64,000 nt of DNA, taken from contig JAQGDQ010002371.1 of assembly GCA_030141605.1 (NCBI GenBank), forward strand, positions 186,001 to 250,000, in the 5' to 3' direction. Numbering within the stretch: position 1 is the first letter of the stretch; every line of letters starts with the position of its first letter. Source of the DNA: Tubiluchus corallicola. Its lineage: Eukaryota; Animalia; Priapulida. Below are positions 27,401 to 44,956 of the stretch, one piece after another. Under the pieces are notes generated by a model. That model made no database searches, was not told the DNA's origin, and saw only the letters and a program-made list of their open reading frames with translations. The translations under genes were made by a program, and so were the position numbers.

Positions 27401-29235
27401 CATTTTAGACCGTTCTTTAAACTGTTTATTTTTATAGAAAAATGTCGTAAAAATTCCAATTTTTTGGTTAATCTTAAATGTCCATTAAGCGATTAAGCAG
27501 AAACCTGAAAGTTCCACTCATTAGAGCGGCTCAATAATTATGTAATGACAAAACATATTAAAAGAATAATTCTAATTAAATATTTATTATTTGTTTTTCA
27601 GTCGCACGTGGTGAATATACAACAACACCATCGCCTGACACGCCTACTCTTGTAGCTGGGTACTACGAACATGGCGATGGTGATGAAAACGGCAGTGGTG
27701 AGGAAGATAATGATAAAACATCAATAGTGCTTACCAGATACTACGGTCCCAGCATCAGCACCACAACAACTGCTCCTGAGCAACGGGGTTACGTGCTCCG
27801 CTCTAGAACATCATCAGAAAAGTCACAGGATCGGATACGCCAGTATTATCATAACAACGGCAATGACGGTAATGATGACAATAACGACAACGATGAACGC
27901 ACACAAAAGCGTGTAGTCTACATCCGAAGAGGCTACAGTGGTGATCACCATGTTGAAGATGATGATGGCGATAACGATGACGACAACGATGAACAAACGC
28001 AAAGACGTGTAATCTACATCCGAAGAGGCTATGATAATGGCGACGATGATGAAGAAGATGATGATGATGATAACGAAGCAAAACGTCGGATTTACATTCG
28101 TAGGCACAGTAGCAGTGAGAATGGTGACAGTGGTGATCACAGTGACCTCGATAACGGCTACAGCAGAGTGACTCGCAGACGTAACAGATTATATCTTGAT
28201 AATGGCGATGACGGCGATGATCGGTACATTTACTTTAGGGGAGATGAAGGAGATGGCAATAGTTATGAAAGCAGACGTCGGGTTTACATTCGAAGAGAAG
28301 AAGCAACAACTGCAGCACCACAGCGTGGTTACTTTTACTACAGAGAAGAAGAACCAACCACTACTGAGCAACCAAGTGGTGAGGAAATCTACAGGCACTA
28401 CTTGAGGAACATCAAACCAAGATTGGACGAAACTCGCCGAAGTAATACACGCCGACGCCAAGCTCATGATGGTGAACGTCGATATTACAGATTGGTTGAA
28501 GAAGAACCTGAGTCACAGGGTTATTATGCAACCCCTGAGCAGGAAAAATCCATAAGCTTTCGTCGCCGTTATGATAGCCGCGATGAAGACATCATTCAAG
28601 TACCAAAGTATCCGCTAATTCGCAGGAGATCTGGTTCAGATGATAACAGAAAATCCAGCGGGCGTCGAGTGTACTTACCAATTGAAGCACCAACTACCAC
28701 TGAGAGACCTGAGATTCGTCATTATTACGTGCGTTCGGAAGAGCCAGCAACTACTGAAACGCCTCGTCAACAACATTATATTCCTCGTCGAGTCTACAGG
28801 CCTGCTGAGTCAACAACAACTGAAGCACCAAGCCACAGTGGCTATTACAGAGCATCTGAATCTGCGAAAACTCAGAAATCAAGCATTCGTCGCTTTTTCA
28901 GACCAAGCAACGAGCGACCATCAAGGAAATCGAGCATTCGACGTTTTATCAGAATAACTGATGAACCCAGACATGAAGAGCCAACATATCGTCAATATTA
29001 CGAACCAGCCGATATCAAAGAAATCAGAAGGCCCACCGTCAGACGATTTTATGAACCTGCTGAACTGACTACCACCGAAAGACCGTCGTTTCGTTATTAT
29101 TATAGGCCTCCTGAGCCAACTACAACTGAACAACCTAGCCGACCGAGGTACCCAGCACACTACAGGTACTATTTCAAAGAAACAACAACAACGGAACAGC
29201 CTACTACACGTCGTCTCTACCACCACGGTTACTAG
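24424..29235 (+). CDS. Gene D: predicted secreted low-complexity Arg/Tyr/Asp/Glu/Thr-rich protein (~562 aa)
   Basis: Exon 1 at 24424-24478 (MKSTLVAVALVLVMFQLH|gtatgt, phase 1) joins exon 2 at 27602-29235 (after ttgtttttcag) in frame with the 502-aa ORF. Signal peptide-like to ..HVARG. TATA-like tataaga at about 24351. Confidence 0.85.
26370..26736 (+). repeat. Compound (GAAT)n/(GAGT)n tetranucleotide microsatellite in gene D intron
   Basis: Seen directly. Confidence 0.9.
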
Positions 29236-30529
29236 TGGCATGGGATTACATCAACTTTAGTAGCATGTCCAAAAAGTGACGTATTATAATACTATTTCCA
29301 ATCCGCAAATAATTCAAAAAACTGCACCAAAAAATAAGAAAATAAAAATTGAGAATTTAATTGTATAAATGAACATTCCAAATCTTGTAGCTGCAATATT
29401 TTGTTTTATTGTAAACTTATTATTCACAGAAAGATAAAAAATGATTGTGTCAGTAAATGCGCTGACTGTTGTGACGAGTTAAGAATGCCCTGCAGGGTGG
29501 ATGGTAAAAACAAAACCACTCTCGGCTTACATTTCAGTGCCCAAAACCCGACTTTGTGTTCATTTCTTCTCGTAGAGTCTCGGTGATAAGCCAACAGTTT
29601 GAAATTAGTAGTGTAGTGTTTAGGCGGGCAATAAATACAATTTTTTATGTCGGCCTAAGCTTAGATAATGACAATGATAACTATATCGAATTTAATACTC
29701 TATATTTTGATCATTTTATTCAAAAAGCGAAGACAAGTTAGTTAGTACCCAAATAGACATTGTTCACCGTTTTACATGTAATTTCCATAAACTCTTAATG
29801 GTCACTTATATTTTGTTTTAAAAAATCGATTGCGTTTCATGCTGGGTTCAAACGTTTTGGTATTTTTTGCCTAGTTTAATAAAAGCTGTCTTACAGTAGA
29901 ACGGGAATCTAGAGTAAAAATTACTAATAATATAACAGGAAAGTAGATTTTTAAAACAATAAATGTATAATGAGCAAGATATTTTAAATTATGATTTATT
30001 ATTGTGTTCAGTGTTTGCATGTCTATAATGGCTATCTTTATCGAACTGTCAACTGAAAGCTACTTGGCGTGAAAAAACATAAGACAATGGCTGCTTGCTT
30101 AATCTGAAAACAGTGCCATTATCCAATATTAATAAGAATAATATTTTTATCTGGGCTGTTAACAAGCGTGAATCAATAAACATAAATATTCCAGAAGAAC
30201 AAATTGCCAATGACACTGAACCGTTGATGCTGAAAAGTTAAAGACGTTAAGCATCTTAATTTAAACCAAATTTCTGTAATGCAGGGTAACATGCACCGCA
30301 ATATTAGCTTTTCTGAACAATGAAAAAAATGGGCAAGAAAAGAAAGGAAAAAAAAACAATTTGCGAATTGTTAAGGAATACCTGTCAGGCATTTTTATGT
30401 CGGAGATTTTACTCATCTTAGATTGCAGAACTTCTGGATAAAAAAGTTTCGATGTGGCTAATGCTCCAGGAGCAGTGATACCGATGCTGATATTAACAGA
30501 AAATATAATGCCACCAAATGCGATGCCAT

Positions 30530-30536
30530 TCTCTCT

Positions 30537-30577
<41 letters not shown>

Positions 30578-30584
30578 TCTCTCT

Positions 30585-30652
<68 letters not shown>
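30530..30652 (+). repeat. (CT)n microsatellite
   Basis: Seen directly. Confidence 0.95.
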
Positions 30653-31037
30653 ACCATCATTTATATCTTTTCAACGCCTCCCTCCCTCCTCCCTTGTTCC
30701 TATCTACAGATAAAGGTTTTGTCTGCAGATAAAGGTTATTAGTATTAGCGTCTTTACATTTCTATTTAATCTACACAGTCATTCTTAAAGATGCCTGCTG
30801 AGCTCCAACCACTTATCTAGAAATAATTACACATTCACCTACTCGTAAATGTTCATCTTTTGTCTTTAGAGCCGTGGAAAGCTCCAGGAGTTTCTTGTGT
30901 TGATTGAAACGATACAAAACTAGTTTTCTCGACATAAGATTTGATTGACATACCTCTCAGAGCAGCATAAGAACTAAAGGATTTGTCTGGAATGACAGAG
31001 TTATAGTTTGTGTGCTGCATTTTAAAAAGTGAAAATC

Positions 31038-34515
<3,478 letters not shown>

Positions 34516-35924
34516 GCTGATTATTCAGATGATTTAATGTCTAACGGGACTGAAGAAGCAGCCTGTACTACAGTAACTTTCACGCTAAATTCTCAGCTCA
34601 GAATTGGCTTAACAAGTAACTACATGTGAAGCTCACTTGAATATATTTGTGCTTATCAGCGCAAGAGGACTTAACTATTCCAAAGCAAAGTTTAACAGCC
34701 ACGAGAAAGTGCTTATCTCAACTAATTAACAAAGATTCAGAAAAATAACAGTTTAACTTTAGATGTTTATTTGCATAAATTATGTGCACAGGAATACAAT
34801 TTAATCTCTTCATAACGCTATCGTAACTCGTAAGAAATGGCTCTTACTTGTAGCCAGATTTATGTAATGTTCATAAATTAACATTTTTGCACTTATACCG
34901 TGTTGCATGGCCGCACTTTAGCTCACCTGTCACCTATTGAACGCATAAAATTACTTTAAAATAGAATATAAGAAATCGTATAACATAGTCGCAAACTATG
35001 CCACTGTAGTAATATATAATTATACACTTTACGTACTAGAAGAAAAAATGACATGATTATTACGGAGACATGTTTGCTTTTATGGCTGAGGTAACGTAAA
35101 TTTGCAACAGCAGGGTCAGAGAAGACTGGCTGACTAGAATGTCACTGGATAGGCGTAGGCATCTTATTTGTTATTTACAGGAATGCCGTATACCACAGCA
35201 CAGTTATTAGTCTAAAGAATACTATGCGTTGAGAGTTGAATACAAACGACGGGGTCTTGCCTCGACGAAATGGTACTAGGTCATTTGTAAGCATTTTTCT
35301 TTTCAACTAATTAATTGAAAAAACGATAGTTGGCGTCTCATGCTGTCCGCTCGAGTTGTCAGTAATATTCGTTTTCGGTTTTGTCAGTGCGAAATTGTGA
35401 CAGCATAATGAGCTTAAATAAATTTTGCAGTGCAAATAAAATTTTCATAAATTACAAATGTAGGCAGAAAAACAGTATTTTAATGCATACTGATTTTTTA
35501 TTGCGTTTTTTATTTTTAAAACTCTTTTGCTTTAAGCAGTAACACGAAGTGCGCTTGTTCCCACACAGAAAAATACGTCAGATTAGATATTTATTTGTTT
35601 ATCTATTTTAGCCTTAAGAAAATAATACAATAACAAAAGGGTTGCAACACAATAAATTGGCTAGGGAAATCTGTGCACCACAATGTGCAACGACCATAGC
35701 ATAACGAACAGGCCGCCCAAAGTAAAGAGTGAACGTAATGATGGATGATTTTGATGTGGTCCGCCCTGGTGCACATTACAGCTCCATTGTGTGTTACAGT
35801 CAGGCATGCAGTATTAATGATAGGTTTTTTTACTGCCCTGAATGCTACAGGACTTAAAGCAAAAAGTCACGAAAACCGTAAACCTAGGCACTGTAAATTG
35901 CGTCAGAGACACGTGAAGAGTAAA

Positions 35925-36410
35925 ATAAACAGCTTGGTTTGAAGGACAAGAAAACCCTTTACTTACATAAGCTAAAAAATTCTCCAAATTTTGTACACCT
36001 ACATGCTGTCTCACTGCGCACTGAGCTTGTATTAGCTGTATAAATCTTGAAAATTTAAACTCTTAAGATGACCATTTGCCGCGGCCAGTAGGTCGGTTGA
36101 AACAAGTTTAAATAACATTGGGGTAAAGTTTAAAAAAATAATCAGAGCATTTGTAGTGCACACTTCACTAGCTAAACAAAAGTATAAATTGCTTTATCCT
36201 GTTAGTAAAATTAGTAGTGTATCTTTGGTGAGTCAGATAGTGGTGCACCCTGGGGAGGTGAGCCACTGACATTTTACCAGTTGGCGCGAACATTTAAATT
36301 ACTGACAGTTTTCTTCTCTAGTTGCGCAAGTTTTCCAAATAAGTAAGCTTAAGGCGAAAGAATATAACTTTGTAAGGAAGGTGTTTCAAGAACATACCTT
36401 AAAATTTTCC
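35925..36410. mobile_element. Diverged dispersed copy of the arm of the 59.95-61.72 kb inverted-repeat element
   Basis: gaaacaagtttaaataacattg...ggtgcaccctggggaggtgagccactgacattttacca matches 61387-61558 directly and 60123-60303 in reverse complement. Confidence 0.7.
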
Positions 36411-37144
36411 TTGTTTTGCCTTTGAAAGAAAGGCTAAGCTTTCTGAAATTCTGAGAAGTTGGACTTATTTCAATATTCGGGATAATTGTTAAAAGATTTA
36501 GTAATAAGAATATGATAAACGCCTTCTGTAATTAGTAAAATCACTTTGAAGTTGCAATCATTATTTTCATGCTTGGGCACTTACATTTTGGATGCCCATT
36601 TGCCCTCCAAGGACGTCGTTCATTAGATGAAGAAAAGCAAAACACTCTCAATTTTAGTCAAAAGTATAACACTTTAAGCTTTAACAAAAAATTAAATAGC
36701 TAATTTTGTAATATTTTTGCACGAATGTTATGTATGCTACAGAAATTTGAATAACTTTAAGCTGAGCGTTCTTATGGAAAGCCACGGTACACTTACAAAA
36801 AGTCATGAAGTAGACCAGCTATGTCATAATTTTCAAGTGAATAGCTGCTACCACCGTATCTGAAGATTTTTCTACAGCGGTAGTGTAAATTAACCTTATA
36901 CTATGTAGGCAGTTTTCCTGCAAATTTGCTTGTTATATTTTTCTAAATTTAAGTAGATAATAGTAAAATAAACCTAATAATCCCAGTTGCAGGAAAGCGG
37001 GTGACACAGGCGGAGAGAAAAAACGAATACTCTGCAGATCGTTAAAAGATGTGTCATACTGCTGTTATTGGGGCGGCGGCCAGAATAAGATAATGAACAA
37101 AATTATTATGTAAATGTGTATTGTGTGGCTGCGAGATAACCAGC

Positions 37145-40100
37145 ATGTCTAGAAAAGCAGGAAAGCAAGCGAAGATTATCGAAAAACGGAGGACTAGAAC
37201 TACAGACTGTCCTGAAATTTCGGATGAACTGGTAACGCTAACATTGCCATTAGAATTTACCATAACCTACATTAGCTAAGTCCTCTGGTGTACCATCATG
37301 GCCACATTTACACCACGAGTAAAGATTGATTTCGTCAAATCAAACATGGCAGTTTACAGCAGTCAGCAATGTTTAGCATTAAACAAGTAAAGTGGCCTAT
37401 CTGGGACGGGCCATTGAGTGTGGCTATTCAGGTACGAGAAATTTGGGAGTACGAGAGACTGCTGACTACCGTGTCAGGTGCAAAGTGACTTTAATGCAAG
37501 AGTACTTTATTTATGTGTGCTGTAGTATACAGTTTTACTGCCTAGTAGGCCAATACTGCGGGAATCTTCCCTTGATTACCTTATAAACTTAAAGCATCTT
37601 TAATTGTAAATTTTTTGTAAGGAGAGAATAATTATTTTTGTGAGAACAGTCATGTAATTAAAACTGGAAACAACTTCAAACCTCACTATAGCCTGCACAA
37701 AACACTGCTGTTAATATTATTATGTACTTCACATCAGGTACAGCAACTTGTTACAGTTATTGTTAGTCTTATTATTAATGATATACATTATTTGGCTCAT
37801 TAATGGTGTGGTTCTTTTCCAGTTGGCGACTATTTCTGTCATACCTAGTTATAATGCCCCCCTCCTTTGTAATACCAACCTTGCTTAGTGCCCAAATTTT
37901 CAGTAAAACAAAATGTCTTAGACATGCATGTATTAATGCACGTTGTTATAATGCCAAACTCACTATAACACAAACTATTTTGTTTCAAAATAGGTGGTAT
38001 AAAGAGGTTTGTCAGTGTAAGCAACTAAACACGTACTATTCATTGGCTTCTTCTAAAATCTAAAACACAATCACTTTATCATTATTATTATTATACTAGT
38101 TGTAATGACACTGTATTTTGATGAATTATAGTTATGAATAGATTGTGTGATGCACATTTCTGTTATTTGCTTTTTTGCAATACACAAAATACTTTTGAAA
38201 ATGCTGTCACATTTTAATAAACTGCTGATGTATTTAGATAAAATGTCTCATGCTCAAATATCCCTTGCCCAAATGTCACGTGCCTTCTAATAGTATTGGT
38301 ATTGGAACCGGTGTTGTAATGCCGGTGTCACACAGAGCTTGACATAATCCGCAAGACATAAGCCGTGTGGAGAAAAAGCTGCTTCTGAAGAGTGAACTTA
38401 TGCTAACCAATGGTCCCTGTCGTACAGATAATCCATTTACCATCTTCTGCCTACTGTGGTTTGACTGCTATAAGGCATTAGCCATAATACGTGGTAGGCT
38501 TCTTCCAAGCCATTTTGGGTGGTTTATAAAGTGCCTTTTTGCAAAATGGAATTGGCATTAATTTCATTTGCCATAAGATGTTTTTGGTTATTGCTAATGT
38601 GGTAATTACCGTATATATGTGTGTACAAGTCGATGTACATTTTAAGACCAAAAATTTTATCATTTTATATATTACCTGTGTACAAGTCGACCGTTAAATA
38701 TTAAGATCTTCCAGAGTAAATGATGTCAACAATGGCCGAGTAATAAATCAATAGCGTGCTGTGTTAGTTTGTAAGATTCGTGCGAGTGCCTGGGCCGAGT
38801 ATATTATACCTACCAGTTGTGTATATATATATATATATATATTCATGTTGAGGGCCCTCAGTGCAATCCATGATACTGCAGCCTGGCCTTTCATCGCGCA
38901 TAATTGTTTGTAATGCCTTTAACCCTAGGATATTGCGGCAGGATCCGTCGTAACATTTCAGTTGCTGATTTCTCACTTAAAACTAAAAATCCATACCTGA
39001 AACATCACAGTTTTATTCAGTAACATCTTTTGAATAGAAATATATCTCAATTTACAAATATCGATTCCGTTTATGCGTATTTACGCTAGATTTTCAACAG
39101 TCGGTATCAATTTAAATATCGTTTTTGCTCCCATGTTTACAAGTCTGACCTTATTAATTATGCATGCAGTCCTCCTTTCAAAGCAACCTTTCAATAAATT
39201 ACATTTGTTAATTTTGTGAAGTAATGTCAAGATGCGAACATTCTCTGGTGTGAAGTATCACAGTAAGAATGTTCATTCAGTCCAGCGTGTAATGGAGGAT
39301 TAATTCGTTACATATTCGTATTGTAGACGACTTTTTAGCGACATCTCCCAAAAATTCGACTTGTACATTTGTACTCGTTTTTTTTACAGTGCACAATTCA
39401 CCTATCATGAGAATTCTCTCATGTTCCATGTTTATTTTGGTCACTTCAGAATGTCACTTGGCTTGCGTGTGATTTGAGCTAATGCTTTGAGTTTGTATTG
39501 TAACATTATAAAAACTAAACTAGAAACTGTACATAGAAATGTGTGGCTGGACTGGACACAGTAGTAATATTTCAGTATTTAAATAGTTGTTCGTTACGTT
39601 CACAGTTTGACTTTCAGTAAACAAAATGGTGTGTCATTTAAGCATTTCTTGTAAACCCCCTAAATGTTATTTATTATTTTAAATTTATTTCGCACATGAT
39701 TCATGATTTATAAGCTAAGCATTATTTGCTCCTAATTTCATAAAGGGCAGTTCCTATGGAAGTTATTAAGTTATTATATTGTCATATAAACTTTTTGTAT
39801 ATTTTCCACATTGTTTGGCTTTCATTCTACTTTTTAAAGGTGACAGTTAGCTTCCACCCACAGTTTGGTAAATTTCAGTCAGACTTGTTTCAATATATTC
39901 AGGAATCAGGATGGGATCAAGTTTCTTCTATTTTGCTTTACATTTTTTGCATTTAGTAAAATGAGCAAATAACTGGATGGTGTGACCACAAGCTCATCAA
40001 ATGTCACAAAGAAGCAGTGTTGAACTTACCATAAAAAATATGACATTGTTATTATCATTTGAATTTATGTTCAAGATAGAAGTAGTACTGTTTTCATAAT

Positions 40101-43100
40101 CTTATCAGAACAATGTAAATAACTGTCTAACTGTGTAAATAAATAACAACCATAGTGTGTGAAATGAGTTTGTCAAAAGTGATACAAAAACACAATATAT
40201 ATTTTTAAAGTCCTAGGTAATATAGATTTTTACAACATGTATATTTATTTCAGGGTGCTGCCTCTTCTGGTAATCAACCTTCAGCAGTTAATAAAGCACT
40301 GCAGAAACTCAGTGGCGATGAAGCACAGCGTAAAGTAAACGAAATAGTACAGTACCTTTTAGTTGCCAGCCAGAAAAATTATCCCATAAAACGAGCAGGT
40401 AACAAACCATTACAGTAAATGTTTGAAATACATGTAGTACCCATAGGAAGTACTGACTGCAAAGTACGGAATACTAAATTGTGTAACTCTTGCCCCATTT
40501 AACAAATGCTAAAGTACGTTAAAAGTATCGTTCGTTTGACATACGCACGTACGCACACACACACACTCACACAAACACGTATATATATATATGTTTCCTT
40601 TTTAGATATCAACAAACACGTTTTGAAAGAACACAGTAAAGCATTTCCCAAGCTTATCAAGTTGGCAAAAAGGAATTTAGAATCAGTAAGTATGCATCAA
40701 TTTGCACTGAATGATATTGAATTTTTTCAATCATATAAGTTCAGCGACGTGACTTTGACCAATGTTGAATTAAAATGACACAAATGACAACGAGCCTGTT
40801 ATATTACGTGACCACAGTAATTGTGAAGTTAACATATAGTGTATTAACTATGCAGCTAAATTGGCAAAACTTGAATTACCATTTATAGAAAAAGTATTGT
40901 TTTGCATCTCAAGAAGCATGGTGCCTACAAGTGGAGAAAATTATGCTCGGGATTGAATTTTGCACAATTCTAATAAGTAATTTGTGCTTGAAGTGCAAAA
41001 TTAAATGACATTGACATTCACAGTATGTCACTATGAATTTCACAGATGTTGGATACTCAGTGAAAGTTTTTCATTATCTTAACATTAGGTACTAATCCAA
41101 CATCAAGCTTGCTATTCTCTTTTCCACGTTTTGTTCTTACTGCAAAAAATATAGCTCGTTCAATACAGTACATGCTATTTATTGGACTCACAGTTAATAG
41201 CATCAGTCACTTAAGTGACCCAAAAACACCTGGTACCGCCGGTCCTATTTAAATTTATATAAAAACTGCTGATGATAGACTCTAATAACTCTGTATAATT
41301 GACTCAATATGTCTGCTTTACGTGCTTCAACAAGACACTTTTGTGTGACCAATAAGCACATGAGTTTTATGTCATCTTAATTAGCTTTTGTGCTCTAATA
41401 TCCATAGAAACAATCACGTTAAGTACCGTTTTATTTGTAAGGAATGTTTATCATATGCTAATATGTTAGCCTAGCAGTTTTGCTTTGACCAATGCATCCA
41501 CAGCAAGTAACCTCGTTAGAAGGAAACGATTCCGACGACACAGCTTCCATCCTTTTCAACACCCTGCACTTATTGGCTTTGTCCTGGAGTAATGTAACTG
41601 AACACACTATTCAGAACTGGTTCACTCAAGCTAGATTCATTCATTCAAATAAAACTGACAATGAAATTCTTACACTGCAAGAGATAGGCTTAACTGCACC
41701 ACCTGGTATGAGCAACAAAGAGTTTGAGAGCTGGCTGAAATTGATTCAGCTATATAGGTCACCTTGCTAAATCACCATGACCAGGAAGCTACTTGCGGGG
41801 AAACACGAGCACCACCAACTGCAGCTCAAGCATGCCAAGCACTATTTTACGAGAATGAAAAAAGGAAACTTTTTTAATTTCTTTTTTATTAATTCACTAT
41901 AAATTAATATTTTTAAATTACTGCACAGGAATTTAGGCATTACTTCATTTCTGAAATTCATTAAAAACCTTTGCAGTGCATACTAAGCTGATGATTCATG
42001 CTAAATCATTCATGAGGATTCATTCACACTTCTATATTAGTAATACTACATCTGTTGGTTAATTGCGTTAAAACACTTTTGTCCCAAAGTGAACCTTTCC
42101 GGCGCATACTGTAATACCATGGCTTTGTCACAGTGTCTTGGCAGTTTCACATAGTTTTCACATTTTGTCCCAATAGTTTCATAAAAGTGCTCAAAATACA
42201 ATCAACAAAAAGCTTGTAAGTTAGTTGTATATGTAGTTGATATTATGTACATCACTATGTTACTGATATTTTATATTTGGAACTGTTTGTTTAGGCATTT
42301 GGTATAAAGCTGGTAGAATTGGAGAGCAAAAAGGCATGTTACATTCTTGTGAATGGTTTTGAAAATCAGAGGCATCTAAAGCTGAAGGAGGAGGAATATG
42401 CACGACATGGGCTCCTAATGACAGTCCTCTCATTTCTGTTTATGCAGGAGAGTCCTGTAGCAGAATGTAAGCATCATATTATTTTTTAATGAACCTAATA
42501 CAGGGTTGTTCAGAAAAAACATTTCCTCATACTAACTCTTAGCCTCTTATCCTAGTACAGGCATTTGTAAAAGAGATTCGCATCTTGTAGCCTGGATTCT
42601 CATTTTTCCAAAGGACTATAAATTTGCCTCTAAGACCCCTTACAAGCACTGCTAGGACAATTTTTGTACACCATGTCCATCTGGGGTTGACAGGCAAAAC
42701 AAGCTGTCAAATGTGCCATCTAAAATGACTGCTTTTGTCCATTATCTATACAAAAATTTTGTCAGCACCTTTTAAAGGAGCTTTTGGAGCGCAATTTACA
42801 ACTCGTAGGAAAAGGCTACATGGTGGTGTGAGTCTCTAATACAACAATTTTACCAGGTTGAAAGACTAATAGTTTTTTCTGTGCATCAAACTTTATTTTA
42901 TTTGTCCAACCTGAATGGTTTTCCTGCTTGTCGCATTAAACAAGAGTATTTGACAGGCAATTTCCCCAAGGTGCTAATTGTTTTGGCTTATTGTACATTA
43001 TGTTTTTTAGCTATTTTGTGGCAGTTTCTGAAGAAACTTGGAATAAAAGAATCTGAGTAAGTAGCTACTAGATATCATCATGTCTGGTATTAGTATACAT

Positions 43101-44636
43101 CGCCTCAAATGGGCACCAATCTGTTATTAGTAAATAACAGCAAATGAACGTGCTGGTGCACATTTAACAGGTTACACTGTTATACCAACATGAAAATTCA
43201 GTGAACTGTGATTGTAATTTAAACTATAACCTTACATAAGTTTTGAATATCCATGAAAACATCTCAACTAAAAGCAACCAACTAGGTTTTGTGTTCTACT
43301 TTATTTTTTCTCGGTGGAAACACCTGATTAAAAATTCATGTGGTTAGATAGAGAATTTCACGGGCTTTCTAATTGTGTATAATATGATGAATTTTGTTGC
43401 CATGGTAACATGCAATAATTGTAGAACTATCACATGTGAACTAGACCAGACATGGCAGCTGTGGAATTGTAAGCATGTTTTGCTAATTGTTTCTACTACA
43501 GTTTATTTAATATTAGTCTGCAGTGACTGATATTTATACATAGAATAGACAAGAATTCTACCTCAAAAACTGCAGTAAATGCTGTGCCTAAGCGAATGTT
43601 CTAAGAGCGGTAATTTGGCACCATTTCTTTGGTGCACACTATCATCGGACAGCATGCTATATGTACATATCACTTGTATACAAGTCAATGCAACTCTTTT
43701 TATACACCTAAATACTAAAGCAGCCACAGTAAGCAGCAAGCAAATGTGAAACCGAGACTCCTAATAAAAGTTCTTTTTGGGTACAAAAGAAATTTACAAA
43801 ATATATTATATGACACAAAACTTCTAATAGCATTAATTTTGGTTTTCATCTTAAATGTTCCAAATACTAAAAATGTCATTTTTGTCTTGCACGCACATCT
43901 AGCAAGAACCACCCGGTGTTTGGCGATGTTCGAAAATTAGTGACTCAGGAATTTACACGAGAGTTGTATCTAAACTTCGAAAGAATACAGGGTACTGATC
44001 CACCACAGAATGAAGTTAGCTGGGGAGAACGAGCACAGCACGAACTGAAGATGAGAGATTGCTTAAAGTTTGTTTGCAAGGTAGGCAACTAGATTTCTTA
44101 CATTTTTTATTAATTCAGTTATTAAAATGATTAGAGCACTTGAGTATCAAATTCCAGTTTTTAAATGTTTTTAAAACTACTGTGTCCCTTATCTTGTGCA
44201 AGCTTCTTTGTATCTGTAGTAATTACTTATGTGGAGCTTATTTTCTGACGAAGATTTGATGATTATTGTTTGTTGATAATAAGCTTAAATATGCTTAGCA
44301 AATATTGTATACACAATACCTAAAATATATTAACTACGTATATCTTTAGTAGACGTACAATAAATGAAGATCGTTTTTGTACCAAACATATAAACCTTTC
44401 TTGATATTACAAGTGAAATGTTGCATTTTTCATTTCTTTTGTTAGCTTATTCTTGTTGAAGGTTATAAAATTGTAACTCCATTAATTCATGAACAAGCAA
44501 GTTTTTTGCGAATTTATAGCACAAATCTCATTGTCTTGTATTTTTCTGTTTTTAGATGTATGGAGAGGGTTTTGTACCACAGAACTGGACTTCGCAATAT
44601 CAAAGGGTACTGCAATCAGAGGAAGGAGAAAATTAG
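37145..44636 (+). CDS. NSMCE3: NSE3 / MAGE-family protein (SMC5/6 complex subunit NSMCE3-like), ~262 aa
   Basis: Exons 37145-37231, 40254-40398, 40606-40685, 42295-42466, 43011-43056, 43903-44080 and 44556-44636 splice in frame. MAGE-domain motifs: KVNEIVQYLL..K.YPIKRADI.K.V, FG(I)KLVE, YILVN, GLLM.VLS.LFM, LWQFLKKLGI, HPVFGDVRKLVT.EF.R..YL, WGERAQHE, LKFVCK.YG..PQNW..QY. Confidence 0.92.
41490..41770 (+). mobile_element. Tigger/pogo-type DDE transposase C-terminal remnant in NSMCE3 intron
   Basis: LHLLALSWSNVTEHTIQNWFTQARF resembles the conserved AW..V...TI.NCF.KAGF of pogo/Tigger transposases. Confidence 0.55.
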
Positions 44637-44956
44637 ACGGCATAAAAGCATAATATGATGATCTAATTTTAGTAATTTTGGTAGTTGCTATTGTGGTCTG
44701 AATCATTATTGTTCATAATTGCTCAACTCGGTGTGACTTCAAGAAAATGTTTATGCTAGTAATAGTGTGAAGGCTTATGATAGTGTAAAGTTCAGCAGAA
44801 ATAACATAAATGATTACAAAGCATTACAAACAGCTGTAAGTGATGAGGGTTTTAATTTGAGAATAGTTTTTTTTGTACAGATACTCTATAACCATTGACT
44901 GTATTCCAAATAAACCTTTGTATACTACAAGTATTTGTTAGGTGTTATTTCAGATG

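Noticed and set aside
43396-43409. RFX X-box-like palindrome gttgccatggtaac
   Set aside because: A single intronic occurrence in NSMCE3 with no supporting context.
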